Notes: generated by a model from the sequence alone, not told the origin. A stretch of 35,303 nucleotides of DNA from Thainema sp. (GCA_052168235.1 JBQLZK010000070.1:1-35303); one strand, 5' to 3'. Counted from the stretch's first letter, positions 18,054 through 29,072 are shown. Program-made: numbers and translations.

Positions 18054-20630
18054 TTATTCTTCGCCCTCTTCGTCAGCGCCATCGACGGGTGGCACCAGTG
18101 CAACAGCTGCGATCGCATCATCGTCATCGAGCCGCTGCACCCGAACTCCGGTTGCCATGCGGGATTGAATCGGAATCGCGTTGACCAACTGACGAATGAT
18201 AATCCCACGAGTCGTCACCATCATCAGCTCATCATCGTCCCCAACAATCCGCAGTGCCGCTAAGCGATCGCTCTTCTTGCGGAACTTAATGGAAACTAAA
18301 CCCATACCTGCCCGATTTTGCAGCCGGAAACGGGAAACGGGAACGCGCTTACCTTGTCCACCTGTAGTCACCACCAGTACCCACGGCCCCTGATTCTGGG
18401 GCGAAGCGGTATCTAAATCCTCGGCTTCGTTCTCATCAGTTTCACCATCAGGATTCGCATTGGTATTAGCAACTACCTGCTCCACCACCTGCGAGGGCAG
18501 CACGTCCATGCTAATCAGCTGGTCGCCATCCTTCAGGTTCATAGCCTTGACGCCCCGCGTCGGTCTGCCCAATGGCCGGAGTTGGGTGCCGTCGGCCTTG
18601 AAGTGAATCGTCATGCCCTTGTGAGAACCAATTAGGATGCTGTCCTCAGAACGAGCACGGCGTACCCAGCGCAGCTCGTCCCCTTCTTCCAAAGAAATGG
18701 CAATCAAACCATTGGCGCGAATATTGCTGAAGGCCGACAGCGCCGTCTTCTTGACGTAGCCGCCCTGAGTCAGCATCACCAGATATTCATCGTCGGCAAA
18801 CTCGCTGACGGGAATAATCGAGGTGATTTTTTCCTCGCGGGGAATCGGCAGCATTTGCACAATCGGCATCCCTCGTGCCGTGCGCGAGGCCACCGGAATT
18901 TGATAGGCGGGGAGGCAGTAAGCCACACCGCGATCGCTAAAGAACAGAATGCTGTCGTGGGTGCAGCAGGTGAGGAAATGCTGAATCGCATCATCCTCCT
19001 TCATCTTGGCTCCGGCTTTACCTCGCGTAGCCCGATTCTGCGCCTCAAAGCTGCTGACCAACATCCGCTTCATGTAGCCCTGCTCCGTCAGCAGAATCAG
19101 GACTTGCTCATTGGCAATCAGGGAAATATCCGTCAGCTCACCTTCAGCCTGCTCAATCACCGTGCGACGAGGATTCGCGTGGGCGGTACGAATGGCCACC
19201 AGCTCTTGTTCAATAATTTCCAGAATCCGCTCGCGGCGTTCCAGAATATCTCGCAGGTCAGTGATTTGAGCCAGCAGTTCTTCGTGCTCTTTGAGAATTT
19301 TTTCAGTTTCTAGAGCGGTAAGACGACGCAACTGCATTTGCAGAATCGCATCAGACTGCTGAGCAGACAATCCATAGGTATCTATCAGCTCTTGCTTTGC
19401 CGTTGGGGCATCTGCCGCATGGCGAATCAGGTTGATAATCGGATCAAGATTGTCGAGGGCAATCAAGTAACCCTGCAACAGATGATCGCGCTCTTCCGCC
19501 TTGCGAAGCTGGTACTGTGTCCGGCGCGTAATCGTCTCAATCCGGAAGTTGAGGAAGACCTCCAGCATGGATTTCAAATCCAAAATCTGGGGTTCGCCAT
19601 CCACTAGCGCCAGCATGTTGACGCCGAAGTTATTTTGCAGCGGCGTCTGCTTGTAGAGATTGTTCAGCACAACGCGCGGATAGGCATCACGCTTCAGCTC
19701 AATCACAATCCGCATACCGTCGCGATCGCTTTCGTCGCGAATGTCAGCGATGCCATCAATCCGGCGCTCGTTGACCATTTCAGCGATTCTTTCAATCAGG
19801 GCTGCCTTGTTGGTTTGGTAGGGCAGTTCGGTGATAATAATCGCTTCTCGATCTGGACGACCTCGCTGCTCCACCGTTTCAATTTCAGCAACGCCGCGCA
19901 TGGTGACGGAACCACGCCCTGTTTCATACGCCTCACGGATACCGCTAGTGCCCAAAATCTGGCCGCCTGTAGGAAAGTCGGGGCCAGAAATGTGATTCAG
20001 AATCAGTTCCCGCACGGTAATGTCGGGATTGTGAATCAGCGCAATTACCCCGTCGATCAGCTCACCCAGGTTGTGCGGTGGAATATTGGTGGCCATGCCG
20101 ACGGCAATTCCAGAGGAACCGTTAAGCAAAAGCTGCGGCAACCGAGAAGGTAAAACAATCGGTTCTTGCTGTGAACCATCGAAGTTATCGGCAAAATCGA
20201 CCGTGTCTGCTTCGATGTCTTGTAGCAGCGTATCGCTCGTCAGCGCTTGCAGGCGACACTCGGTGTATCGCATAGCCGCTGGTGGGTCGTTGTCTACTGA
20301 GCCAAAGTTGCCGTGACCGTTAATCAGTGGTGCCCGCATGGAAAAGCTTTGCGCCATCCGCACCAGTGCGTCATAGACGGCAGTGTCACCGTGGGGATGA
20401 TATTTACCTAGTACTTCCCCAACCACACGAGCGCATTTCCGGAAGGGGCGGTCTGCGGTTAAGCCCAACTCGTGCATTGCGTATAAAATGCGGCGATGCA
20501 CAGGCTTCAGTCCATCCCTCGCGTCTGGTAATGCTCGCCCCACAATTACGCTCATCGCGTATTCCAAGTAGGATCGAGACATTTCGTTCCGCAAATCGGT
20601 CGGAACAATCCGCTCTTGAGGAGTACTCAT
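18054..20630 (-). CDS. gyrA: DNA gyrase subunit A
   Basis: [26 protein letters not shown], catalytic AAMRYTE, GyrA-box-like QNRATRG, beta-pinwheel repeats, acidic tail. Confidence 0.96.
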   Translation of the reverse strand: MSTPQERIVPTDLRNEMSRSYLEYAMSVIVGRALPDARDGLKPVHRRILYAMHELGLTADRPFRKCARVVGEVLGKYHPHGDTAVYDALVRMAQSFSMRAPLINGHGNFGSVDNDPPAAMRYTECRLQALTSDTLLQDIEADTVDFADNFDGSQQEPIVLPSRLPQLLLNGSSGIAVGMATNIPPHNLGELIDGVIALIHNPDITVRELILNHISGPDFPTGGQILGTSGIREAYETGRGSVTMRGVAEIETVEQRGRPDREAIIITELPYQTNKAALIERIAEMVNERRIDGIADIRDESDRDGMRIVIELKRDAYPRVVLNNLYKQTPLQNNFGVNMLALVDGEPQILDLKSMLEVFLNFRIETITRRTQYQLRKAEERDHLLQGYLIALDNLDPIINLIRHAADAPTAKQELIDTYGLSAQQSDAILQMQLRRLTALETEKILKEHEELLAQITDLRDILERRERILEIIEQELVAIRTAHANPRRTVIEQAEGELTDISLIANEQVLILLTEQGYMKRMLVSSFEAQNRATRGKAGAKMKEDDAIQHFLTCCTHDSILFFSDRGVAYCLPAYQIPVASRTARGMPIVQMLPIPREEKITSIIPVSEFADDEYLVMLTQGGYVKKTALSAFSNIRANGLIAISLEEGDELRWVRRARSEDSILIGSHKGMTIHFKADGTQLRPLGRPTRGVKAMNLKDGDQLISMDVLPSQVVEQVVANTNANPDGETDENEAEDLDTASPQNQGPWVLVVTTGGQGKRVPVSRFRLQNRAGMGLVSIKFRKKSDRLAALRIVGDDDELMMVTTRGIIIRQLVNAIPIQSRMATGVRVQRLDDDDAIAAVALVPPVDGADEEGEE

Positions 20631-21077
20631 ACAGAAAAAAACCTCAAAAAATTAAGCTTTTAGTAGCGAAAACGCAGTAAGACAAAATTGCTTACTGCAT
20701 TGGCCTGAAAACGTTGAAAATTCGTTGTTTCAGCGTATTCAATTTTAACATATTTCCTAAAAGTTGGGGTCTGGGAGGTCAAGCGAGAGGTAGGAGGCGA
20801 AATTCTAGAAAAATCCTAGAACTGACCTTGATCAAACCTCGCCCCACTCATGGTTTGAAAAGAAGTTGGCGGGTATCGCACGTTAATCCACCTTCATTTA
20901 GGCAGCATGAGCGCCAACAACTGCTACTTTTGCCTGCTTCAACGTTGATAAATGATGGCGGTTGTTAATGTTGCACAAACACTAACACTGCGGTTTCATC
21001 AGAGTCCTAGCTTTACAATTGAGAGGATTTCACGATGCAAAGCTGCGAAGCTCATATCTTTTCAGGAAACTAACAGA

Positions 21078-24026
21078 GTGGTTCAAGATCAAACGAATAG
21101 ATCCTTTCCAATCGTGGGAATAGGTGCCTCAGCGGGAGGATTGGAAGCCTTTACGCAACTGCTGAGTCATCTACCAACCGATACGGGGATGGCCTTTGTG
21201 CTGGTGCAGCATCTTGATCCCGATCAGCCCAGTTTGCTCAGTGAAATTATAAGTCGCACGACCACAATGCCCGTGCGGGAAATACAGGATGGCATGACGG
21301 TAGAGCCAAATCAGGTCTATGTGATTCCGTCCAACACCGTTCTGACGATTGCGGATGGCTGTTTGCACATTCAGCCTCGTCCCCAGTCCCATAGACACAT
21401 CCAGGTGATCGATACATTTTTCAATTCATTGGCAACAGAACGGGGAAATAAAGCGATTGGGGTGGTGTTATCGGGTGCGGATGCAGATGGCACATTGGGT
21501 TTAGAGGCGATTAAAGCAGCGGGAGGCATTACGTTTGCTCAGTTAGAGTCGTCGGCTCGATTCGACAGTATGCCCCATACTGCGATCGCAACTGGGCAAG
21601 TTGATTTCATTCAACCCCCGGCGGAAATCGCTCAAACCTTGATTAATATTAGTCAGCATCCCTATATCAGCCATCTCGGTTCGACCGAATCCGTCGAACC
21701 CGTGGACAGCACGGCTGGAGCGCAGGATACGCTGGCCGACATTTTGGCCTTAGTCAAGCGCACAACCAAAGTCGATTTTTCGCTATATAAGCCCACGACG
21801 CTGAAGCGCCGGATCTTTCGCCGGATGGCGCTGCACCATCTGGAAACGTTAGAAAGTTACCGACTCTACTTGCAAGATAATCCGGCAGAGGTGCAGGCAC
21901 TTTATCAGGAAATACTGATTAGCGTCACTAGCTTTTTCCGCGATTCAGAGGTGTTTGAGGCGCTAGCCAGAGATGTTTTTCCAGCTTTATTGCGCGATCG
22001 CAACCGCGACCAGCCAATTCGCATTTGGGTGGCTGGCTGCTCGACAGGTGAAGAAGCCTACTCCATCGCGATTTGTTTGTTGGAGTATTTGACCTATCAT
22101 CCCTTTGGTTTGCCGATTCAAATCTTTGCGACTGATGTGAATGAACGCGCGATTGAGACAGCTCGACTGGGCTGGTATTCTGCGGCTCAAGTCGCGGCAG
22201 TTTCACCCGAGCGGCTACAGCGCTTTTTTTCGCCGCTGCGCGGTGGCTATCAAATCAGCAAAACGGTGCGGGAGCTATGCATTTTTGCGCGACAAAACCT
22301 GATTGGTGATCCACCCTTTTCGCAACTGGATCTGATCAGTTGCCGCAACGTTTTGATTTACTTTAGCATGACGCTCCAGCGTAAAGTTCTGCCCATGTTT
22401 CACTATGGACTCAAGCCCAATGGCTTTTTGCTGCTGGGATCGTCCGAAACCGTGGGAGAGTTCACTGACTTGTTCTCACTCATTGATGTTAAATATAAGC
22501 TCTACACTAAGCAGCTTTCGGCACTGCGACTCAATCTAGACTTTAGTTCTGCTAGCTATACCGCTGATTTTTCTGCGCCACGACCCACCATTCCCCCTGA
22601 AGTTATAACCAATGTTGATCTCTACGGCATAGCGGATCAAATTGTGATTAGTCGTTATGGCCCCGTTGGTGTGTTGATTAATAGCCATCTTGATATTTTG
22701 CAATTTCGGGGGCAAACCGGAGCCTATCTGCAACCCTCTCCGGGGCGGGCTAGCCTCAATCTGCTGAGTATGGCCAAAGAAGAGTTACGGCTAGATTTGC
22801 GGACGGCCATTCACCAGGCTCGACAGTCTAGACAAGCTGTGTATCGGGAACCTGTTTGGCTGAGAGAACGCGATCGCACTTACCCGATCCGAATTGAGGT
22901 GGTGCCATTCAGCCTAGGCATAGCGGACGATGATTATTACCTTATCTTATTCAAAGAGCTACCAACCGATCATCCAATCGCGGAGACAGAGCCGACTGAC
23001 GATGGCAATCAGCTGGCCTCCGCCAATGAAGATTCGGACGACGGACGAGAAACCAGCCAATACCGTCAGCAAATTCAGCATCTCCAGCAAGATCTAGAAG
23101 CCACGCGATCGCATTTGCAGTCGATTATTCAAGAACAGGAAGCAACCAATCAGGATCTACGAGCCGCGAATGAAGAAATTCTCTCCAGCAATGAGGAACT
23201 GCAAAGCACCAACGAAGAACTGCAAACCGCCAAGGAAGAAATTCAGGCCACCAATGAAGAACTCAGCACCATCAATGACGAGCTGTTCCGCCGCAATGCT
23301 GAAACGACGCGCATCAGTGACGACTTTCAAAACCTGCTCAGCAGTATTAATATCCCGATTCTGATGCTAGAGGGCGATTTGCGAATCCGTCGCTTTACTC
23401 CCACCGCCGCCACGCTGTTTAATCTGATTCCCAGCGATATTGGGCGACCGCTCAGCAACATTAATCATCGGCTCAGAATTAATGATTTGGAGGCGCAAAT
23501 TCTGAACGTGATTAACACGCTTGAGCAGACGGCTCAAGATATACAGGATGAGGAAGGTCGCTGGTACGACCTGCGAATTCGTCCCTATCGCACGCTTGAC
23601 AATCGCATTGATGGGGCCGTTGTTGTGCTGGTTGATATTAATAACCTGAAGCGCAGCACGGAACAGATCCGCCAGGAGCGAGACTTTACCAATGCGATTG
23701 TGCAGACTGTGCGGGAACCGTTGGTCGTACTGGATGCTAATTTAAGCGTGATCATGGCTAACCATCAGTTTTATCAGGTGTTTCAAGTTAGCTCCAACGA
23801 TACAGAACAGCGATTGATTTTCAATTTAGGCAACGGTCAGTGGGATATTCCCCAACTGCGATCGCTGTTGCATGATCTGCTGCCCCAAAACTTGCAGATC
23901 AGTGATTTTGAAGTGACTCACGATTTTGAAACTATTGGCCGCAAACACATGCGACTGAATGCCCGCAAGATGGTTCGCCCGGATGGTGACGATTTAATTT
24001 TGCTAGCGATTGAAGAAATCCAATGA
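21078..24026 (+). CDS. CheB methylesterase - CheR methyltransferase - coiled-coil - PAS fusion (MAC-type), no kinase domain
   Basis: GASAGG/VQHL/DG CheB triad; IWVAGCSTGEEAYS and DLISCRNVLIYF for CheR; EELQSTNEEL heptads; C-terminal PAS domains. GTG 21078 is preceded by AGGA. Confidence 0.92.
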   Translation: MVQDQTNRSFPIVGIGASAGGLEAFTQLLSHLPTDTGMAFVLVQHLDPDQPSLLSEIISRTTTMPVREIQDGMTVEPNQVYVIPSNTVLTIADGCLHIQPRPQSHRHIQVIDTFFNSLATERGNKAIGVVLSGADADGTLGLEAIKAAGGITFAQLESSARFDSMPHTAIATGQVDFIQPPAEIAQTLINISQHPYISHLGSTESVEPVDSTAGAQDTLADILALVKRTTKVDFSLYKPTTLKRRIFRRMALHHLETLESYRLYLQDNPAEVQALYQEILISVTSFFRDSEVFEALARDVFPALLRDRNRDQPIRIWVAGCSTGEEAYSIAICLLEYLTYHPFGLPIQIFATDVNERAIETARLGWYSAAQVAAVSPERLQRFFSPLRGGYQISKTVRELCIFARQNLIGDPPFSQLDLISCRNVLIYFSMTLQRKVLPMFHYGLKPNGFLLLGSSETVGEFTDLFSLIDVKYKLYTKQLSALRLNLDFSSASYTADFSAPRPTIPPEVITNVDLYGIADQIVISRYGPVGVLINSHLDILQFRGQTGAYLQPSPGRASLNLLSMAKEELRLDLRTAIHQARQSRQAVYREPVWLRERDRTYPIRIEVVPFSLGIADDDYYLILFKELPTDHPIAETEPTDDGNQLASANEDSDDGRETSQYRQQIQHLQQDLEATRSHLQSIIQEQEATNQDLRAANEEILSSNEELQSTNEELQTAKEEIQATNEELSTINDELFRRNAETTRISDDFQNLLSSINIPILMLEGDLRIRRFTPTAATLFNLIPSDIGRPLSNINHRLRINDLEAQILNVINTLEQTAQDIQDEEGRWYDLRIRPYRTLDNRIDGAVVVLVDINNLKRSTEQIRQERDFTNAIVQTVREPLVVLDANLSVIMANHQFYQVFQVSSNDTEQRLIFNLGNGQWDIPQLRSLLHDLLPQNLQISDFEVTHDFETIGRKHMRLNARKMVRPDGDDLILLAIEEIQ

Positions 24027-24274
24027 AGAAATCTGCTGAAAAATTTGTTGAAAGAATTTGCGATCGCACCAGCGACTCATGATCAATCAGCTTAACTTCA
24101 GATCTCATATTAAGCTTTTAATAGCCAGTTCAAGCGATACAAGTTGTATTGACAATAATAAAGGCAGCTTAAGCAAATACTTTGGAAATATCTGGGTTAT
24201 TTCTAGATTATTTCCATGTCAGGGTTGCTGATGATACGTTGCCGACTACCTGCTCTAGTTGAGAGGGTTGGGAC

Positions 24275-26089
24275 ATGAACATTTCTCAACAGATCAAAGC
24301 TGTCTATCAGCGAGCCTTACTTCTGCGGCAGCAGGCTACTGCGATGCCCGTGCAAGAAGATTTGATTGAAGAAACGCTCAAAGAGCTATATTTTGTACTC
24401 GAAGAATTACAAACAGCGGATGAAGAGCTGCACCGTCAAAATCAACTGCTAATTGCCACACGCTACAAAGTTGAAGTTGAAAAACAACGCTATCGCACCC
24501 TGTTTGAGTTTGCTCCAGATGCCTATTTGGTGACAGATTTGCAGGGCAAGATCCGCCGCGTCAATCAGGCTGCCGCCACCTTGCTTGGTCAAGCTAAAGA
24601 GTATTTAAAGAACAAGCCCCTGATTGTATATATCGAAAACGACGATCGGCGTCAGTTCCAGCAGCGGCTCACTGAGCCGAATCTTCAACAAAATTGGGAA
24701 TTAACCCTAAAGCAGCAACAGGCTGAACTCACTGACCCCGCACCCACCATCGTTGAAGTTGCCACAACCGCTTTAACAGAATCCCTCAGCGGCGAAACGA
24801 TGATTCTTTGGTCGCTGCGAGACATCACCCAGCGTAAGCAGATGGAGCAGCAACTGCAAGCAGCACATGATGATTTGGAGCAGCGCGTCGCTGTTCGTAC
24901 CACTGAACTGGCTGAGGCTAACGCTCGCTTGCAGCAAGAAATTGACGAACGCAATCAAATCGAACAGACGGTGCGTGATCAAGCGGCCTTAATTGATATC
25001 GCAACTGACGCCATCTTTGTCCAAGATCAGCAGTGTCGCATTGTATTTTGGAGCCAAGGAGCCGAAAAACTCTATGGCTGGAGCACTGACGAAATATTAG
25101 GGCAAGAAAGTAGCGTGTTGTTAAGCCCCAAATCTGCCCCAACTGACTCAGGTGCAAGTCAAGACCGTGATCTAAACACGTTAGACAATCTCAGCAGCCA
25201 ACCAGGCGATAACTGGCACGGAGAAGTTAATCATCAAACCAAAGCAGGCAAACCCATCACCGTCTTCAGCCGTCAAACCCAGATATGCAATGAAGCAGGC
25301 GACCCCGAAAAAATACTGATCGTTAACACAGATATTACGGCTAAGAAGCAGCTAGAAGCTCAATTTTTTCAAGCGCAGCGACTGGAAAGTTTGGGAACTG
25401 TCGCCAGCAGTATTGCCCACGATCTAAACAACATCTTGGCTCCCATTTTGGTTGTACCTGAGCTATTGCTGAATCATCTATCCGGGGTTGACGATACCAG
25501 CCGCAGTCTGATTGAAACTTTAGCGCTGGCGACCCAAAGAGGCGTCTTGCTGTCCAAGCAAATTTTAGCGTTTGCTGGAAAACATCCAGTAGAACCGACC
25601 GCTCTCAATCTGACTAATCTCATTCAAGAAGTACAGCAGTTTCTTCACCATACAGTTCCTAAAACAATTGCGATTCAGGTCGAGATTCCGAAAGATTTAC
25701 AAATGGTCTTTGTGGATGAAACCCTACTTCACCAGGTTTTGATTAACCTCTGCATTAATGCCCGCGATGCTATGCCCGATGGCGGCACACTGATAATTTC
25801 AGCCCAAAATTTTCAGGTTAATCAGGCCAACCGACAGATCCATCTCAATGCCCATGAGGGTAGCTATGTGGTCATTACCATTGCCGACACCGGGACTGGG
25901 ATAGCTCCTGATCTCATCGACCAGATCTTTGACCCGTTTTTCACCACCAAATCCGCTGAGCAAGGAACCGGATTAGGGCTATCGACCGCCGCTAAAATCA
26001 TCAAGGACTGCAACGGTTTTATTTGCGTCTCTAGCCAGATAGGAATGGGTAGTCAGTTTCAGGTTTATTTACCCGCTAACAAGGCGTGA
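24275..26089 (+). CDS. PAS-PAS sensor histidine kinase (no receiver domain)
   Basis: H-box IAHDLNN, N-box NLCINARDAM, DTGTG, FDPFFTTK, GTGLGL. Two PAS-PAC units ending RDIT and TDIT. Confidence 0.93.
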   Translation: MNISQQIKAVYQRALLLRQQATAMPVQEDLIEETLKELYFVLEELQTADEELHRQNQLLIATRYKVEVEKQRYRTLFEFAPDAYLVTDLQGKIRRVNQAAATLLGQAKEYLKNKPLIVYIENDDRRQFQQRLTEPNLQQNWELTLKQQQAELTDPAPTIVEVATTALTESLSGETMILWSLRDITQRKQMEQQLQAAHDDLEQRVAVRTTELAEANARLQQEIDERNQIEQTVRDQAALIDIATDAIFVQDQQCRIVFWSQGAEKLYGWSTDEILGQESSVLLSPKSAPTDSGASQDRDLNTLDNLSSQPGDNWHGEVNHQTKAGKPITVFSRQTQICNEAGDPEKILIVNTDITAKKQLEAQFFQAQRLESLGTVASSIAHDLNNILAPILVVPELLLNHLSGVDDTSRSLIETLALATQRGVLLSKQILAFAGKHPVEPTALNLTNLIQEVQQFLHHTVPKTIAIQVEIPKDLQMVFVDETLLHQVLINLCINARDAMPDGGTLIISAQNFQVNQANRQIHLNAHEGSYVVITIADTGTGIAPDLIDQIFDPFFTTKSAEQGTGLGLSTAAKIIKDCNGFICVSSQIGMGSQFQVYLPANKA

Positions 26090-27187
26090 GAGAAAGAGGC
26101 CAAACCAATTATTAGGGTCGGTAAAGAGCTTTTGGACGGGTAGGTGATGCTGGGCGAGGAGGGTGCCGACAGTGTTGGGGTCGAACTTGCGGGAGATTTC
26201 GGTGCGAATGACTTCTCCTTGGGTAAATTTGACCTGGAAATCAAGCTCCTGAAGCCGCACCGTCTGATCGGTCAAACTGTGTAGATACATCTCAATTTGA
26301 TGATCAACGTCGTTATAAATAGCTTGATGCTTGAATTGAGAAAGGTCAAAATTGCCGTCAAATCGTTGATTGAGGTGACGCAGCATATTTAAGTTGAATT
26401 CAGCCGTTACGCCCTGCGCGTCGTTATAGGCCGCTTCCAGTATGGCCTTGGGCTTTTGTAGGTCTAGACCCAAGAGGAAGTAATCACCAGGATTGAGAGC
26501 ATTAGCAATTTGAGCCAAAAAGCGATCGCACTCTGCGGGATTCAAATTCCCCAAGCTGCTGCCAATAAACATCAGCAGCCGAGCGGGTAAGTGGGCGGGC
26601 TGCAGATTGGCGAGCCCCATGTTGTAGGTGGCCGCAATGCCATGCACTTGAATAGAGGAGTATTCGCGCCGTAACTGCCGCGCACTTTTCTCCAACATGC
26701 CCGCACTGACATCAATTGGTACATAGTGCAGGGGTGTTTCCTGCGCTTGGTAGGCATCCAGCAGCAGTCGAGTTTTAGTTGAACTGCCGCTACCCAGTTC
26801 AACGAGTTCGCAATCACCCGTTAAGTATGCAATATCAGATGCAAATTTCTCGAGAATCTGGGTTTCGGTGCGAGTCAGATAGTATTCCGGGAGCTGACAG
26901 ATTTGCTCAAATAGTTCAGAGCCACGATCATCATAAAAATATCGGGCTGGCAGCGTTTTCGGCTGTTGGATCAATCCGCTGATTACATCCTGCCCTGGAT
27001 CGGCTTCCTGGGTTGAGCCTGTCAGGTGGCGAATGGTAATCCCTTGTTGATAAGGCAAAATCGCCGAATCAGTTGTCGTTTCTACCTCGACTGGTTGCGA
27101 TCTCATATCCGCTTGAGCATTCGGCAAGGCAAAAGAAGAATGCTCAGCGGAAGAAGGCGTCATATTCATTCTGAATATCGTCCCCAA
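26069..27187 (-). CDS. egtD: L-histidine N-alpha-methyltransferase (ergothioneine pathway); start uncertain
   Basis: KTLPARYFYDDRGSELFEQICQLPEYY, ELGSGSSTKT, AYNDAQGVTAEFNLN, TEISRKF. Confidence 0.92.
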   Translation of the reverse strand: MGTIFRMNMTPSSAEHSSFALPNAQADMRSQPVEVETTTDSAILPYQQGITIRHLTGSTQEADPGQDVISGLIQQPKTLPARYFYDDRGSELFEQICQLPEYYLTRTETQILEKFASDIAYLTGDCELVELGSGSSTKTRLLLDAYQAQETPLHYVPIDVSAGMLEKSARQLRREYSSIQVHGIAATYNMGLANLQPAHLPARLLMFIGSSLGNLNPAECDRFLAQIANALNPGDYFLLGLDLQKPKAILEAAYNDAQGVTAEFNLNMLRHLNQRFDGNFDLSQFKHQAIYNDVDHQIEMYLHSLTDQTVRLQELDFQVKFTQGEVIRTEISRKFDPNTVGTLLAQHHLPVQKLFTDPNNWFGLFLSRLVSG

Positions 27188-27287
27188 TGGTTAGCTACTG
27201 GCAGGATCGCAGTCCCACGAAGGCATAGTAACGCAAGTCGGCTTAAAATCGCGTTAAATTTGGGTTTAGCTGCCCAATATCTAAGCC

Positions 27288-28931
27288 TTATTCCGCAAAG
27301 GTCTGCACTGCTCCATCCGGCTTTAACACTAACCGAATTTGGGCTGCACTACCATCTGGCGACGGGGAGATAAACGGTTCGCCGCGCAATGGGATACTGG
27401 TTCGATCTAGATAAATTTCTGATGACTGCCCCAGCGGAGTCACCTGTTGTAGTGAACCGTCTGGAGCAAGAGTCAATCGATATTCCAGCGTGTCTTCCAA
27501 ACTATCAGGCGGTGTCCAACGACCTTGAAAATACTGTCGAACCTGAGCAACCTGGGGCATTGTGTCAAAAGCGGTTTTAGGTGCCTCTGAACGAGCCGAC
27601 TCCGTAGCCTCTGACGACAAAATTGAAGGCGCGGCTCCAGCAGAATCGGCTGCGGCTGGTGCTGAGGCAATAGAATTTGCCGAATCCGCTGTTGGATTAT
27701 TGGGGCTTTCTAGCTGAGGGGCAATTTCTAGCTCAACTGTGTCGGAAGGTGCAGATGATGCCGCGCTGGGTGGATTGGATGAACTGGGTGCACTCGGCGC
27801 AGGTGGAACAGCTACGCCCGGTCGCGGTGGCGCAACGGGCTGCTGCACGATGCGAGGACTCGATGTAACGGGCACTCGCGGCAGGGTGGCGGGTGCATTG
27901 GGCTGTACTGAACCAGCGGGTGGCGGCGGCGGCAGGGTTTCCAGCGCATTGGGATCGATCGGTGTGTCTCCTTCCATGATGGTGTTGGAGTCGATCCGAG
28001 CTACGGTTTGCTGCTGCTGATCGAGGCTGGTGGCATTTTCGCTGTTGGTGGGCGCTTCGGAAACCACCGTACTCCCTTCCCAAATATTGGCAATCGACGG
28101 AGTTAGCGCTAGTGCAATCAGAACGCCAGCGGCTATTTTGCCCCAGGAAGAGGGACGCTGAATCCACCGCTGTTGGTTGAGTGCCGGAAGTGCCAATCCT
28201 GCTGTGCGATATTCATCTAGCGCGGTCGCTAAATCAAAGAGCTGAGTAGTGTTGAGTACCAGCGAGTCAGCGGACTGCGCCATCGCCAGCGGGCCAAGCC
28301 ACAATCTGTGGTGGAGTAAACCTTTTGGTTCTAAAAAGATCGTACGAGTATTGCTGGTCGGAACCGTCCCGTTGGTGGCCGGAGCCGGGAACCGATTACC
28401 AAGTTCAGATCGCTGACGTTCAGGCGCGATCGCATCTACCCTATCTATTCCATCTTCCCTATCTATCTCTGCAACCTTATCTTCCCTATCTGTGTGATTG
28501 GTAGACAAATCTGCCGGATCAACCACTGACGTTGCCAAAGCCAAACGCGCCATATCCGCCCAAGAGGTCGATTCAATGTGATGCAGATGCTCTAAATAAT
28601 TAAATGAGGTTGAATCTGCTGAATCGGGCGCTGAATCAGCAACCGAGGAGCCAAAATTGCCCACAGCAACGGGACGAGACGGTGTGGCGTGTAAAAACCG
28701 CTGCACGTAGTCTCCCACTGCATCTGCCAGTTTTTCGAGCTGAATGCGATCGCCCTGGATCACCACATGATTTTCGGGCAGCACGCGCGGATCATCGAGG
28801 CGCAACTGGAAGCGAACGTGTTTCCAAACAGGACGATCGCTCCAGCGGGAGAGCGGAGACACTCGCGCCGAAATCTCCAGCGTGCAGGTTGGAGGGGTAA
28901 ATCGTCGAGAGACGGTAGACGATAGAGGCAT
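27288..28931 (-). CDS. DUF4335-like cyanobacterial membrane-anchored protein with Pro/Ser/Ala linker
   Basis: RRFTPPTCTLEI...SPLSRW, QLFDLATALDEY, one TM segment, C-terminal YFQGRW.PP...LEYRL domain. Confidence 0.75.
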   Translation of the reverse strand: MPLSSTVSRRFTPPTCTLEISARVSPLSRWSDRPVWKHVRFQLRLDDPRVLPENHVVIQGDRIQLEKLADAVGDYVQRFLHATPSRPVAVGNFGSSVADSAPDSADSTSFNYLEHLHHIESTSWADMARLALATSVVDPADLSTNHTDREDKVAEIDREDGIDRVDAIAPERQRSELGNRFPAPATNGTVPTSNTRTIFLEPKGLLHHRLWLGPLAMAQSADSLVLNTTQLFDLATALDEYRTAGLALPALNQQRWIQRPSSWGKIAAGVLIALALTPSIANIWEGSTVVSEAPTNSENATSLDQQQQTVARIDSNTIMEGDTPIDPNALETLPPPPPAGSVQPNAPATLPRVPVTSSPRIVQQPVAPPRPGVAVPPAPSAPSSSNPPSAASSAPSDTVELEIAPQLESPNNPTADSANSIASAPAAADSAGAAPSILSSEATESARSEAPKTAFDTMPQVAQVRQYFQGRWTPPDSLEDTLEYRLTLAPDGSLQQVTPLGQSSEIYLDRTSIPLRGEPFISPSPDGSAAQIRLVLKPDGAVQTFAE

Positions 28932-28971
28932 ACAGCGTTAATCGATCCGCGTACTAATACGTCAACTAATA

Positions 28972-29072
28972 ACTAAGTCCATATATTAAGAACCCAATTT
29001 ATTTTTCGTAAAAGATTGGCTCAGCCAATCTTTTACGAAAAATAAATCATTGAGTTTTAACCGGACTTCGTA
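28972..29072. repeat. ~100-bp palindromic dispersed element, copy 2
   Basis: Perfect 24-bp arms at 28997-29020 and 29024-29047, TCA loop, outer AAGTCC...GGACTT. Confidence 0.88.

Noticed and set aside
18054..20630. Intein in gyrA, or identity as parC
   Set aside because: Normal length with no intein motifs. A GyrA-box-like motif and acidic tail are present.
20674..20698. GCAGTAAG-N9-CTTACTGC dyad upstream of gyrA
   Set aside because: An 8-bp dyad seen once. It could be regulatory but cannot be supported from this sequence alone.
20952..21077. N-terminal extension of the CheB-CheR ORF
   Set aside because: No domain similarity. GTG 21078 with an upstream AGGA fits the CheB domain start better.
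17871..29072. Palindromic elements or REPs read as CRISPR repeats or integron attC sites
   Set aside because: No regular repeat-spacer array, no cas or integrase gene, and no clear RYYYAAC/GTTRRRY boxes. The neighbours are housekeeping genes.
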